This document shows, piece after piece, positions 30,096-39,250 of a stretch of 64,000 bases of DNA (the first letter of the stretch is position 1; every line of letters starts with the position of its first letter). The position numbers and the translations under genes are program-made. The notes beneath the pieces were generated by a model, which was given only the letters and a program-made list of their open reading frames with translations, was not told the DNA's origin and made no database searches. Origin of the DNA: a virus (Duplodnaviria > Caudoviricetes); the IMG/VR virus record IMGVR_UViG_3300033074_001484, positions 96,001 through 160,000 of that record; one strand, written 5' to 3'.

Positions 30096-30587
30096 TCACT
30101 GCTTTGTTAAAATTGCATAATCATATGCTATAACCAATGTAGCAGTTAATATATCGTCAGATGACCAATCCAACTGACCAAAATCGATGTTGGCTATTAA
30201 TGGATTAACCAATTCAAACTTATAAACATTAGCATCCCAATCCAATTTCTTAACAAATATAGAAATACTTGTCGGCGAATAATCCGTTTTATACTTATCA
30301 ACCCCCGATTCTATATCTTGATGTAACAATAACCAATCCCATAATTTCATATTTGAGGCAGGTTCCTCCAACTGATACAGTACCATTGAAATATCATTCC
30401 ACCGGGTTTTACCCTTCACCTTTATGTATGTGTTCCCATAATCTACAGTAATTGGCGTTTGTTCAAGGCTTGGTAATTGAGTAGATTTGGCGTTTGTCAT
30501 AAAATCGCCAGTATCCAACGTTGAAAATTGTACCTTGAATTGGTATTGTAAAATGGGCTTATATGCAGATGGTTCAAGACGTGCCAT
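30096..30587 (-). CDS. Tail tube protein paralogue 3 (gp19-like)
   Basis: KVKGKTRWNDI, FGQLDWSSDD, AYDYA. Confidence 0.85.
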   Translation of the reverse strand: MARLEPSAYKPILQYQFKVQFSTLDTGDFMTNAKSTQLPSLEQTPITVDYGNTYIKVKGKTRWNDISMVLYQLEEPASNMKLWDWLLLHQDIESGVDKYKTDYSPTSISIFVKKLDWDANVYKFELVNPLIANIDFGQLDWSSDDILTATLVIAYDYAILTKQ

Positions 30588-30598
30588 ATATAATTCTC

Positions 30599-31084
30599 CT
30601 ACACATTAAAATATTCCGCATAATCATACGTCAACGTTAAACTTAATTCAATAATATCATCTGATCCATAATCCAAACTACCCCCTGATAAATCAGATAT
30701 AAATGCGCCAATAAGTTTCCATCGTCCAATAGGTACTATTGTCATAGCATTCATCATTAATAGATTTATATCCTCTTTATATTCATCCGCATACTTAATT
30801 TCTCCAGACGAAATTACCATATGTTTTTTATTAAAATAACTATAGACCTCTCGTGCAGTAATACCTTCAAATTGATAACATGTAAGTGTTATCGGTGCCC
30901 ATTTCGGACGACCCATTATATTAATATATGTCGGACCATAATCCACTGAAATAGGATTAGTGGCAACTTTTGGTTGTTCTGCCCCTCTCGCATATATAGC
31001 GGATGCCTTTATATTATTGGATATCAAAATATAGCGATGACTAAGTTGAGGATGAAATAATTCACTTTGGGCTACACGCGGCAT
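30599..31084 (-). CDS. Tail tube protein paralogue 2 (gp19-like)
   Basis: W.PITLTCY, WKLIGAFI, LDYGSDD, TYDYA. Confidence 0.85.
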   Translation of the reverse strand: MPRVAQSELFHPQLSHRYILISNNIKASAIYARGAEQPKVATNPISVDYGPTYINIMGRPKWAPITLTCYQFEGITAREVYSYFNKKHMVISSGEIKYADEYKEDINLLMMNAMTIVPIGRWKLIGAFISDLSGGSLDYGSDDIIELSLTLTYDYAEYFNV

Positions 31085-31099
31085 TTGCTCCTTATTTCT

Positions 31100-31107
31100 A
31101 ATAAATA
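31100..31107 (-). promoter_or_regulatory. TATTTATW late-promoter-like motif
   Basis: Directly after a terminator hairpin, before an AAGGAG SD. Confidence 0.55.
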
Positions 31108-31138
31108 GGAAAGGGGCATGATTTTTATTTCACGCCCC
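31108..31138 (-). terminator. Probable intrinsic terminator
   Basis: Sense GGGGCGUGA-loop-UCAUGCCCC followed by UUU; the G-U wobble pairs only in the minus-strand RNA. Confidence 0.6.
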
Positions 31139-31166
31139 CTTCTTCTACAGTCCCGAAAGCCATATT

Positions 31167-31373
31167 CTACACAGGATCAGGTGTCCTACCCTTTTTAAAT
31201 CCAATAATTGTTGTTATGGCCCCCACTAATACAAATATGGCATCCCATATGGCATCAAAATTTTGAATTAAATATTCATAGACGCCAAGCCATTTAGTCA
31301 AACCAAAAAAAACTAAAACAGAACCCAGTCCAGTAATTATGTGTCTGACAAGTGATTTTGTGTTTACATTCAT
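31167..31373 (-). CDS. Small membrane protein, holin-like
   Basis: Two hydrophobic helices (LVRHIITGLGSVLVFFG; AIFVLVGAITTIIGF) and basic C-terminus. Confidence 0.5.
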   Translation of the reverse strand: MNVNTKSLVRHIITGLGSVLVFFGLTKWLGVYEYLIQNFDAIWDAIFVLVGAITTIIGFKKGRTPDPV

Positions 31374-31392
31374 GATAAATACCTTTTTTATG

Positions 31393-31872
31393 TTAGGAAT
31401 ATGTCATATAATCATATGATACAGTAATTTCGCATTGTACAACATCATCGGTTCCCCAGTCCAAAGGTCCCCAATCTGCTGATGCTATAAATGCACCAAC
31501 TAATTTGAATGTACCTACTGGTGTTGAACCATCCGGGGCAAGAAGCATCAACTGCATGTCATGCTTATACACAGGAGCATATTGATCAACCGCCCCTTCA
31601 ACATTTTGATGATCATTGTTCAAATAATCCCACAATTCCTTCGCAGTAATACCTTCAAATTGATAACACGATAATGTAATATCATTCCACCGGGTTTTAC
31701 CCTTCACCTTGAAATAATAATTAATATGTTCTACATTCACTGGTGCGTTATCAAAAGACGGTTGCTGAGAACTTCGTGCGTATATACTCGCCCCCGGCAA
31801 CTTAGATGTTTCCATTTTATATCTAAATTGCAATGTTGGGTGGTGAGCATCAGGTATTACTATTCTTGGCAT
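31393..31872 (-). CDS. gp19: Tail tube protein (gp19-like), likely the major tube
   Basis: Immediately after sheath; HIN..KVKGKTRWNDIT, LVGAFI, LDW, SYDY. Confidence 0.9.
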   Translation of the reverse strand: MPRIVIPDAHHPTLQFRYKMETSKLPGASIYARSSQQPSFDNAPVNVEHINYYFKVKGKTRWNDITLSCYQFEGITAKELWDYLNNDHQNVEGAVDQYAPVYKHDMQLMLLAPDGSTPVGTFKLVGAFIASADWGPLDWGTDDVVQCEITVSYDYMTYS

Positions 31873-31893
31873 TGTACATTCTCCTTATTTTTA

Positions 31894-31901
31894 TATAAAT
31901 A
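31894..31901 (-). promoter_or_regulatory. TATTTATW late-promoter-like motif
   Basis: Sense CTATTTATA followed by an AAGGAG SD. Confidence 0.6.
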
Positions 31902-31918
31902 GTGTAACACCACGTTTT

Positions 31919-33742
31919 TTATTCCTGAGCGTCGAATGGGAACAATGCACCAGTAGGTAATACAATGAAGTCAACGATCAAGTATTCAACCGTTTTTGCA
32001 GGTTTCAAGAATATTGACGCCCTCATTTCATTTCGGTCAATAACATCGGGTGTATTATTTCTTTCAGAAATTTCGATTCTATAATCATACAACCCTTGTT
32101 GGTTTTTAACCCTTCGGAAATATGGCTCAACAATCTCAATGAATCTTGCACGTGTCTCCACTGTGTTGTTTTCAAACACAAGGGTTTTAGTTGCCCATGC
32201 CACAAATCGTTTTGCATCTATTAATAAACGACGAACATTAATACGGTCAAGTGCAGATGCTTTTTTCTGTAAGGTTTTTTGACCCCAAACTACCACCCCA
32301 GACCGTGGGAATGTTGCAATTGGATTGACACTACGTGTGTATAAATTATCACGATCATTTTGTGTCATCAATCGTTCTGTTTGCACTACTGTGTCGAGAA
32401 CACCACGATTCAATCCGGCAGGTGCATACCAAGGATGTGATACCCGGTCGTTGAATGAATACACTCCGGAAATCACAGAACTTGGTGGAACCCAACAGTT
32501 TCTACCCAAATCTGGATCAGGGATCATTACCCAAGGATAATACATAGCAGCATAATTTGTATTTCTGGCTTCTGCTGCTATCTGTGCCTGTCCAACTGTA
32601 GCACCTTTTAATGTAGGGTCGACAACTAAAAATATATCGCCGCGATCTTCGCACATATTAATGGCATATGAAACGATTTGCGATTGTTCGCTCGCCCCCT
32701 CAGTTATACCCGGTAAGAATAACAGATTAATATCGTATTGGTCTTTATTCGCAAGAATATCAATAGCATCTTCATACGCGGTTTTACCATACGATGCAGA
32801 TGCAACATTAAATCCTTGTGTATTGTATGCCCAAATATTTTCATACATAGCGCGAGGGTGCGTCACATTACCATCACTACCTCCAGAGAATGCACCGGAT
32901 GCTATTGCCGGTAATGAGCCGGATAACGCACCATCCCGAATTAGACCATTTGAATTCAAATAATTAAATGTAGAATTTATCCCCTCTACTCTCAAGAACC
33001 TTGATCTGTTAGGGTATGATCCAGACCGTTCAAGATATGGTTCACCACTCGAATCATAACGAAGTGTCCATGTCATATCACCAATAACCTTCGCAATATA
33101 ATTATTTGACGTTGGGTCAAGTGATAGTTGTGAATATTGTTCAATTACGATTCGACGATTACCAGTATCATCACCACGCCGGATAAGCAAATCAAACGTG
33201 CCGCGATTTGGATTAACCGCTGAAATCTCCCATCTTATGTTATGCTTCGATCCACTGACAAGTAATCCCGATGCTCCTAAATCTGATGCAACATGAGACC
33301 CCGATATAGCACCTGCAACTTGTCCCGAATTATAAACTTCACCATCGGATAATGATACTAATTTAAACGCCATATTTGCAGCAGTATATGGACCATCATC
33401 TTCCAACGATTTAGATGTTATTACATATGAGTAAGCAGGTTGGTAATTACCGGCTAACACGCGAACAACGGTCATCACTTCCCCATATCTCAAATATTCC
33501 TGAACACAATATGATGTGAGATATTTGTACTCCTGTTCATACACTCCCGACCCTGAAATGAAAACATCCCCAAACCAACGTTGATATTCGGAATATGTTG
33601 ATACCATTGTCGGTACCATTGCCGGTCCCCGTACCGTTGGTCCAATTACAGCACCACCAACTTCTGGAATTTGTAAAGGCAGGTATGACAAGTCAACTTC
33701 TCGTGTATATACACCCGGAGATACAAACGTATTCTTACCCAT
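31919..33742 (-). CDS. gp18: Tail sheath protein
   Basis: SPGVYTREVD, WYAPAGLNRG, WGQKTL, RINVRRL, FENN, P.K.VE. Confidence 0.97.
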   Translation of the reverse strand: MGKNTFVSPGVYTREVDLSYLPLQIPEVGGAVIGPTVRGPAMVPTMVSTYSEYQRWFGDVFISGSGVYEQEYKYLTSYCVQEYLRYGEVMTVVRVLAGNYQPAYSYVITSKSLEDDGPYTAANMAFKLVSLSDGEVYNSGQVAGAISGSHVASDLGASGLLVSGSKHNIRWEISAVNPNRGTFDLLIRRGDDTGNRRIVIEQYSQLSLDPTSNNYIAKVIGDMTWTLRYDSSGEPYLERSGSYPNRSRFLRVEGINSTFNYLNSNGLIRDGALSGSLPAIASGAFSGGSDGNVTHPRAMYENIWAYNTQGFNVASASYGKTAYEDAIDILANKDQYDINLLFLPGITEGASEQSQIVSYAINMCEDRGDIFLVVDPTLKGATVGQAQIAAEARNTNYAAMYYPWVMIPDPDLGRNCWVPPSSVISGVYSFNDRVSHPWYAPAGLNRGVLDTVVQTERLMTQNDRDNLYTRSVNPIATFPRSGVVVWGQKTLQKKASALDRINVRRLLIDAKRFVAWATKTLVFENNTVETRARFIEIVEPYFRRVKNQQGLYDYRIEISERNNTPDVIDRNEMRASIFLKPAKTVEYLIVDFIVLPTGALFPFDAQE

Positions 33743-33759
33743 TAATCATCCTCTTTTCA

Positions 33760-33767
33760 TATAAATA
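33760..33767 (-). promoter_or_regulatory. TATTTATW late-promoter-like motif
   Basis: About 18 nt upstream of the sheath start. Confidence 0.6.
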
Positions 33768-33793
33768 TGTAAAAAATAATTCAAAATACAAAT

Positions 33794-34669
33794 TCAATAT
33801 CTAATATTTCTTCTTAGATTTTTTCGCAATACATGTGACGGTTCCTCTGTCATATGTCGCCGATCTGATCTCATTGAAGTGTCATTAATAAAAATATCAT
33901 CTGCTTCGTTTTCACCTACAATCTTCACCGTTTTTATAGAGAACTTTTTTTGCATTGTTTGTCTACTATACTGAAACTCATCAAGTAAATAACCATCCAC
34001 TGTTATTGGTATTGTAGCCTTTACAATTCTTTGTTCGCCGGGCAAAGATGTGACTTCATCCGTCAATGACCCCATGTAAACTCTAAATTTATAGTAATCG
34101 CCCCATAAATGATTATTGACTGAAAATAGCGATTGTGCTACTATATTTAAATGTTCTACAAAGTCACACCATATAGTAATGTCGTAATCAACTTTTACAA
34201 ATCTTGGTATATTCACCAAATAATATTCATACGAATGTTTCCGCAAAATTTGACCGGTCACCCGATCATATTGCATGTTCATTGACCGGTATGGGTATAA
34301 TTTACGTGTTGGTGTATAATTATTAAGGTTTACATGCGGCAATCTATCATCATCATTAACACCCATACGCTTCAACCCAATAACAGGTGATATAACCTTA
34401 TTATTAAGGTCCCGCATAAACCCATTACGACGTATTTGATTGAATTTTTCACCATCAAGATATATTACCGGAACTTTAACCGCATGACCATCTTCAACCA
34501 CAGTAGGTTTAATTTGTGAGTTCAACCCATATAACACAGCATAATCAATATCATATAATGTGACTGCCGGAACACGTACTATATCATCGTCCCGGCGCAT
34601 TTCGTTTGCACGATTGACATCTTCAGATGTTCGCCCGGATTGGTATGGAAATATTAATGGAGCGTTCAT
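33794..34669 (-). CDS. Tail terminator / sheath stabiliser (gp15-like)
   Basis: DIDYA, VPVIY..GEK, P.I...R, P.FV.VDY.I.IW; upstream of sheath. Confidence 0.65.
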   Translation of the reverse strand: MNAPLIFPYQSGRTSEDVNRANEMRRDDDIVRVPAVTLYDIDYAVLYGLNSQIKPTVVEDGHAVKVPVIYLDGEKFNQIRRNGFMRDLNNKVISPVIGLKRMGVNDDDRLPHVNLNNYTPTRKLYPYRSMNMQYDRVTGQILRKHSYEYYLVNIPRFVKVDYDITIWCDFVEHLNIVAQSLFSVNNHLWGDYYKFRVYMGSLTDEVTSLPGEQRIVKATIPITVDGYLLDEFQYSRQTMQKKFSIKTVKIVGENEADDIFINDTSMRSDRRHMTEEPSHVLRKNLRRNIRY

Positions 34670-34672
34670 GCG

Positions 34673-35845
34673 TTACCTTACATATATTTTCAAAGGAACC
34701 CTCGACAATTTTTGTTTTAACATATCATCTTCAGCTTGCGACCTTTCCAATAATGCTTGTCTGGAATAGGTGTCTAACATCTCCTTCAATTCTGTTAACA
34801 AAGATTCTTGCTCAGATTTACCATCAGACCGTAGTGTGTCTCCATCAAGTTGGACTTCACCGTCAGGAATTGGTATAGAGTTATATTTACTACGCACATT
34901 TCCCAACATTTCTTTAACCAATGCTAATGTATATTTTCGTATCCATTGGCGGGCAACATCATTTAGCCTACTATATTTCAGGTTGTAATATGGCATATTT
35001 GCATGTCCTGTTATTTTACCCGGACCATTCTCATCTGATAATTCTGAATTTGTACCTCCCGGTAATGTATCATCATCTAATGTGTATAAAAACCATACCT
35101 TGAATTCCTTATTTGGAATCGGTAATATTCTTAAACGATTATTAGTTAATTGGAACCCATATCCAGACTTCCTAATTGTGTCGTTAAATTCAATAGCTTG
35201 TAATCGCAATGCATCCCACCACATTGGAACCATTGTAAAATTTATTGGTGGAGACATATTACCCCACCCAAACTGATCCATAAAATTGGCAGATGAAAGC
35301 CCAGTACCCATGAACGGATCATAATATTTAACAATTGATGGGGGTGTATCGTGGAAAATTCTTCTAATTGTAAATTGATTTACAGTAAAGTCACCCGCTT
35401 CAATATCAGCATTCATTAAATCATATATTTGCTGTCCGGGTTGAACGGTTATACTACCTGAATAATAAGTTAAATATCCGCCCGTACCTGCTTCTGTACC
35501 ATATTGCTTTGCCAATTTGAATACAGACCGCAGATTGGGTTGCACCACCACATCTGAATAATTAATAGAACTCGTTGGGTATCCTATTAAATGGAGTATG
35601 TTATCTCTCGCCTGATATGTATTGACTTGGTTAGCGTATTCAGTAACAGCCTCTTCAAATGCTGTAAAAAAATTAATATCCTGTAATTCTATACTGACAA
35701 TAGGGTAGCCCAATCGACGCGCACAGTATTCTGCTATCTTTTCAGCATGATCAGCAAATACAGGGTCCGAATCATAAAACCCAAATGGGGTATCACCGGG
35801 GTAGAACGATGCTGAACCGGGCCATATTGGAACGTCTGTTGCCAT
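34673..35845 (-). CDS. Neck protein (gp13-like)
   Basis: RRLGYPIVSIEL, WIRKYTLALVKEMLG.VRSKY, V.LDG. Confidence 0.85.
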   Translation of the reverse strand: MATDVPIWPGSASFYPGDTPFGFYDSDPVFADHAEKIAEYCARRLGYPIVSIELQDINFFTAFEEAVTEYANQVNTYQARDNILHLIGYPTSSINYSDVVVQPNLRSVFKLAKQYGTEAGTGGYLTYYSGSITVQPGQQIYDLMNADIEAGDFTVNQFTIRRIFHDTPPSIVKYYDPFMGTGLSSANFMDQFGWGNMSPPINFTMVPMWWDALRLQAIEFNDTIRKSGYGFQLTNNRLRILPIPNKEFKVWFLYTLDDDTLPGGTNSELSDENGPGKITGHANMPYYNLKYSRLNDVARQWIRKYTLALVKEMLGNVRSKYNSIPIPDGEVQLDGDTLRSDGKSEQESLLTELKEMLDTYSRQALLERSQAEDDMLKQKLSRVPLKIYVR

Positions 35846-35859
35846 TCATATCCTTTATC

Positions 35860-35867
35860 AATAAATA
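35860..35867 (-). promoter_or_regulatory. TATTTATW late-promoter-like motif
   Basis: About 15 nt upstream of the neck gene. Confidence 0.55.
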
Positions 35868-35875
35868 TAACCTTA

Positions 35876-36205
35876 TCACTCCAAATCAAGTATATTCTTT
35901 AAAGTGTCCAATGCTTGAGCATAAATTCCAATACCTAAATCTTCATTATATTCAAACTCCACCGGAATATAATTTAATGGGTTTGCCCGATGTTCATAGG
36001 CCAGTTTATCCGGCCAAATTGATACGACAGCGGTTGAATGCTCTCTATTTTTCCATTCCAACCTAACATCACCATTATCATCAACATTTGCTGTATTTGG
36101 GATAAATTCATAATCAACATTTGCTGTAATGATTTTTTTAATTTTAAACACAGCCTCTGGGTATTCAACATCTTCATGTACATACTTAGAAATCAATAAA
36201 TTCAT
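35876..36205 (-). CDS. Hypothetical protein, possible fibre assembly chaperone
   Basis: Small acidic ORF after the fibre-like genes. Confidence 0.55.
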   Translation of the reverse strand: MNLLISKYVHEDVEYPEAVFKIKKIITANVDYEFIPNTANVDDNGDVRLEWKNREHSTAVVSIWPDKLAYEHRANPLNYIPVEFEYNEDLGIGIYAQALDTLKNILDLE

Positions 36206-36224
36206 AACTTCCCCTTTTTTAATT

Positions 36225-38219
36225 TTATCCTATAAATGTGTATGAATGCTCACTACCGGGTGCAGAATACAGTGACACATTAAAATCTGTTGCAGCCACT
36301 CCTGTTTTTGAACGCCCCTTATATGTATTATCCTCATACACATCTACGTAATAATCATTATGATCATCATACACTGCAAATAGATATGATCCATCACCAG
36401 TTCTATATGTTTTTTGGTACAATTCACCTGTGTCGGCTCTATATAAACTTGCAGTTATCACGCCACCGTTGGAATTGGATATTGTACCGGCCAACGACGA
36501 TGTTAACGAATGATATCCAACATTCAATACCATGCCGGGTCGGGTTATTTGTTGATTGGCATAAAAGAAATAAGTTTGAGTTTCCAAATTAATTCTGGAC
36601 TCATCCAAATCACCATAATGTCTTATAATGTTCTGAGTAATATCGCCAAACAACCTATGCGTTTCATTTTCAGCATCTGTTAAAGGCGCAGAAAAAAACG
36701 ATTGTACATAGCTACCACTATAATATCCCCCTTCATATTTGACACCTATCATATATACGTTGGCTTGTGTTGAATTAAACACATACCCCTCAATACCAAC
36801 ATTGTGTATTTTATAATACGTGTTTGGGATATTTAATGACGCAGACATAAATCTGATAGTATCACCAGTAGCCCCCGATTGCTCATATAGTGGGGTTACG
36901 ACCATTCGAGATGTTAAATCAATTCCCCCAGATGGCACAGAGCTATGATATAACAAATGCATTTGACCTGTTATACCATAGAAAGGTGTACTGGTCGAAC
37001 CGTACAATGTCAATTTTATATCATTGCCACCGTGCACCAAAGATGCCTGTGATGACGTGTGTAACATGACACCCTGCCCGGCGTTAACAAAGCCGTCCAT
37101 TTGATACCAAGACCAATGATCTGAAGTTTCCTCATTGAACGATGCCGTTAATCTCGCAGATGCTAATGATGAACCATAAATCTCCGCAGCCACACATTTA
37201 GTTGTTATTGGATTAGGTTCCGGTATAGATACACGCTTAATTATAGGGAAATTTAATCCAACCGATGATAATTGCGGCATTACATCAAATGGAATTCTGA
37301 GGTTATTCAATATTTTTGTAGTTGTAGTTGGATTGTATTCATATGTCACCCACAATCGCCCGAACATTCCACGATATCTGTTTGCTTTATCCACCCATAC
37401 CTGAAATGTGTGTGCCGAATCATATGACCCGGTATACGGTATGGCATAAGTTTCCAACATATTTGTACCAAGAATTGCAACCCTTCTTGGTAGTGGTTGG
37501 ATCGTCCCCATATCAAAACTACAACTTAAAAAAATAGTTTCTGATGTGTTAATAATATTATTATTTCCAATTAATTCAATGTATGAATTTTTAATACTTA
37601 AATCTCCATATCCTTCCAACCACCCATTAGAACCGGACAATTTAGGTATATTTAACCATGTCTGTTGCGATAATGGTAATGCCGGGGACATTGATCCTGA
37701 TGACATCAATGGTATACATACTGTATTCATTCGAGTGTCCGCAGATGACGAATATTCATATGTAATGTCTACCCACGAATACACCGCCGTCACCGGTACC
37801 CCTGTTTCATTTGTACCCTGTATTTTACCAACCAACTCAAAACTTTGTGATTTTGCAGTCCCAAAACTTCCTGTGAAAATATTTACCACATTATGTGGAC
37901 CAAAAATATGTGCAAAATTTTCATTGGAAGTGTTAAACGCGGTACCCATCCTAAACACATGTTGATATGCACCCCCACCCATACTACCACTAACAAATGT
38001 TGTACCCTGTGATATTGTTAGCCCTCCGGCAACACAAGAATCTGACAATGTCCAATACACATTTGCCGATCTAAATTTTACCGGCGTTGTAGGTGAATTT
38101 TCACCTATATAAATAGACCCAGAACCAAATACCCCTAAACTACCAATATCAATTGTTGCCGGGTTTTCGCTCGGATTTAATCCATATCTAATTGTACGTA
38201 AAAATACCGTATCCGCCAT
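36225..38219 (-). CDS. Beta-rich virion surface protein
   Basis: Ser/Thr/Gly-rich with many SGS/TGS/TAS; in structural operon. Confidence 0.6.
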   Translation of the reverse strand: MADTVFLRTIRYGLNPSENPATIDIGSLGVFGSGSIYIGENSPTTPVKFRSANVYWTLSDSCVAGGLTISQGTTFVSGSMGGGAYQHVFRMGTAFNTSNENFAHIFGPHNVVNIFTGSFGTAKSQSFELVGKIQGTNETGVPVTAVYSWVDITYEYSSSADTRMNTVCIPLMSSGSMSPALPLSQQTWLNIPKLSGSNGWLEGYGDLSIKNSYIELIGNNNIINTSETIFLSCSFDMGTIQPLPRRVAILGTNMLETYAIPYTGSYDSAHTFQVWVDKANRYRGMFGRLWVTYEYNPTTTTKILNNLRIPFDVMPQLSSVGLNFPIIKRVSIPEPNPITTKCVAAEIYGSSLASARLTASFNEETSDHWSWYQMDGFVNAGQGVMLHTSSQASLVHGGNDIKLTLYGSTSTPFYGITGQMHLLYHSSVPSGGIDLTSRMVVTPLYEQSGATGDTIRFMSASLNIPNTYYKIHNVGIEGYVFNSTQANVYMIGVKYEGGYYSGSYVQSFFSAPLTDAENETHRLFGDITQNIIRHYGDLDESRINLETQTYFFYANQQITRPGMVLNVGYHSLTSSLAGTISNSNGGVITASLYRADTGELYQKTYRTGDGSYLFAVYDDHNDYYVDVYEDNTYKGRSKTGVAATDFNVSLYSAPGSEHSYTFIG

Positions 38220-38839
38220 TAAGATGTTATTTTTATGACTAACGTTGCGCGTGTTATCGTTGACACAGAATCAACTCTAAACCTAAAAACATCCTCCGCA
38301 TTTACACTTGTAGTCCATGATGTTAGTGTAGTATCATAATTAATCCTTGCATTTGACAATGTGGGTTTTTCGGTACCTGTTATAGTATCTGCTACGGTGG
38401 GTGGATGATTAGCAATTGTATCTTTCCACACATCAATGACAATAGACCCTGATTGATCTGCTGTCAAATACCATCCATTAATTGTACCTGAAAAAGGCAC
38501 TATAATTTCACCCTTGATCCCTGTTGTAATTTCAGAACCGCCACCATCCACAGTTATACCAATTGATCGTATGGCGGATGCAACCACCCCAGATAAACCG
38601 CTACCATCTCCAATAAATGATCCCGAAAATGATCCTGTTAATTCTGCACCAGACCCAATATGGCCGGGTCCGACAAACGTACTACCAAATCCCAATCCTT
38701 GAAATGAATGCGCTTGTATTGATCCCGGCAAATCTACTACTATACTGCCGCCTTCAAGTGTTATACTACCAGAATTAACCGTTAAACTGTTAAGTGCGGC
38801 GTTGGACCCTGATAGTATTAATTTTTTCCACTTCGACAT
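38219..38839 (-). CDS. Fibre/decoration protein
   Basis: Shares WKK.I.SGS and GSF.GDGSGL modules with 39251..40537. Confidence 0.6.
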   Translation of the reverse strand: MSKWKKLILSGSNAALNSLTVNSGSITLEGGSIVVDLPGSIQAHSFQGLGFGSTFVGPGHIGSGAELTGSFSGSFIGDGSGLSGVVASAIRSIGITVDGGGSEITTGIKGEIIVPFSGTINGWYLTADQSGSIVIDVWKDTIANHPPTVADTITGTEKPTLSNARINYDTTLTSWTTSVNAEDVFRFRVDSVSTITRATLVIKITS

Positions 38840-38863
38840 ATATCAATTTTCTAACAAAAAATA

Positions 38864-39040
38864 TCAAGATTCAGTAGAAATCTTTTTATCAAAGTTTGTC
38901 TTTGCCGCGTACAACTTTGTTAAAATACCGGTAATAAATGGAGCATCAATTCCATGTATTTGTATTCGATGTATGGCATCTGTCAAAAGTTGAAGCTCCT
39001 TTTCATTTAATGAAACCCTCACAGTACTATCAGTTGTCAT
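38864..39040 (-). CDS. 58-aa hypothetical protein (below ORF-track cut-off)
   Basis: Manual translation MTTDSTVRVSLNEKELQLLTDAIHRIQIHGIDAPFITGILTKLYAAKTNFDKKISTES; resembles the adjacent ORF. Confidence 0.7.
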   Translation of the reverse strand: MTTDSTVRVSLNEKELQLLTDAIHRIQIHGIDAPFITGILTKLYAAKTNFDKKISTES

Positions 39041-39043
39041 ATG

Positions 39044-39235
39044 TTATTTTTTATAAAAATTTCGCATTGTTTCCAATTTATTAAATATATCATATACCAA
39101 TTGCACATCTTTACCTTTGAACGCAGTCTCGCTCAATATTGCAATGATTAAGTCACACTCATCCTCAGTAAGTGGTGGTGGATATGATGATTTCAACGAT
39201 TCAGTATTTGATGGTTTTGTAGTTAATAAGCCCAT
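39044..39235 (-). CDS. Small hypothetical protein
   Basis: LTEDECDLIIAILSETAFKGKDVQLVYDIFNKL. Confidence 0.7.
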   Translation of the reverse strand: MGLLTTKPSNTESLKSSYPPPLTEDECDLIIAILSETAFKGKDVQLVYDIFNKLETMRNFYKK

Positions 39236-39250
39236 TATATATAGTTTGAA

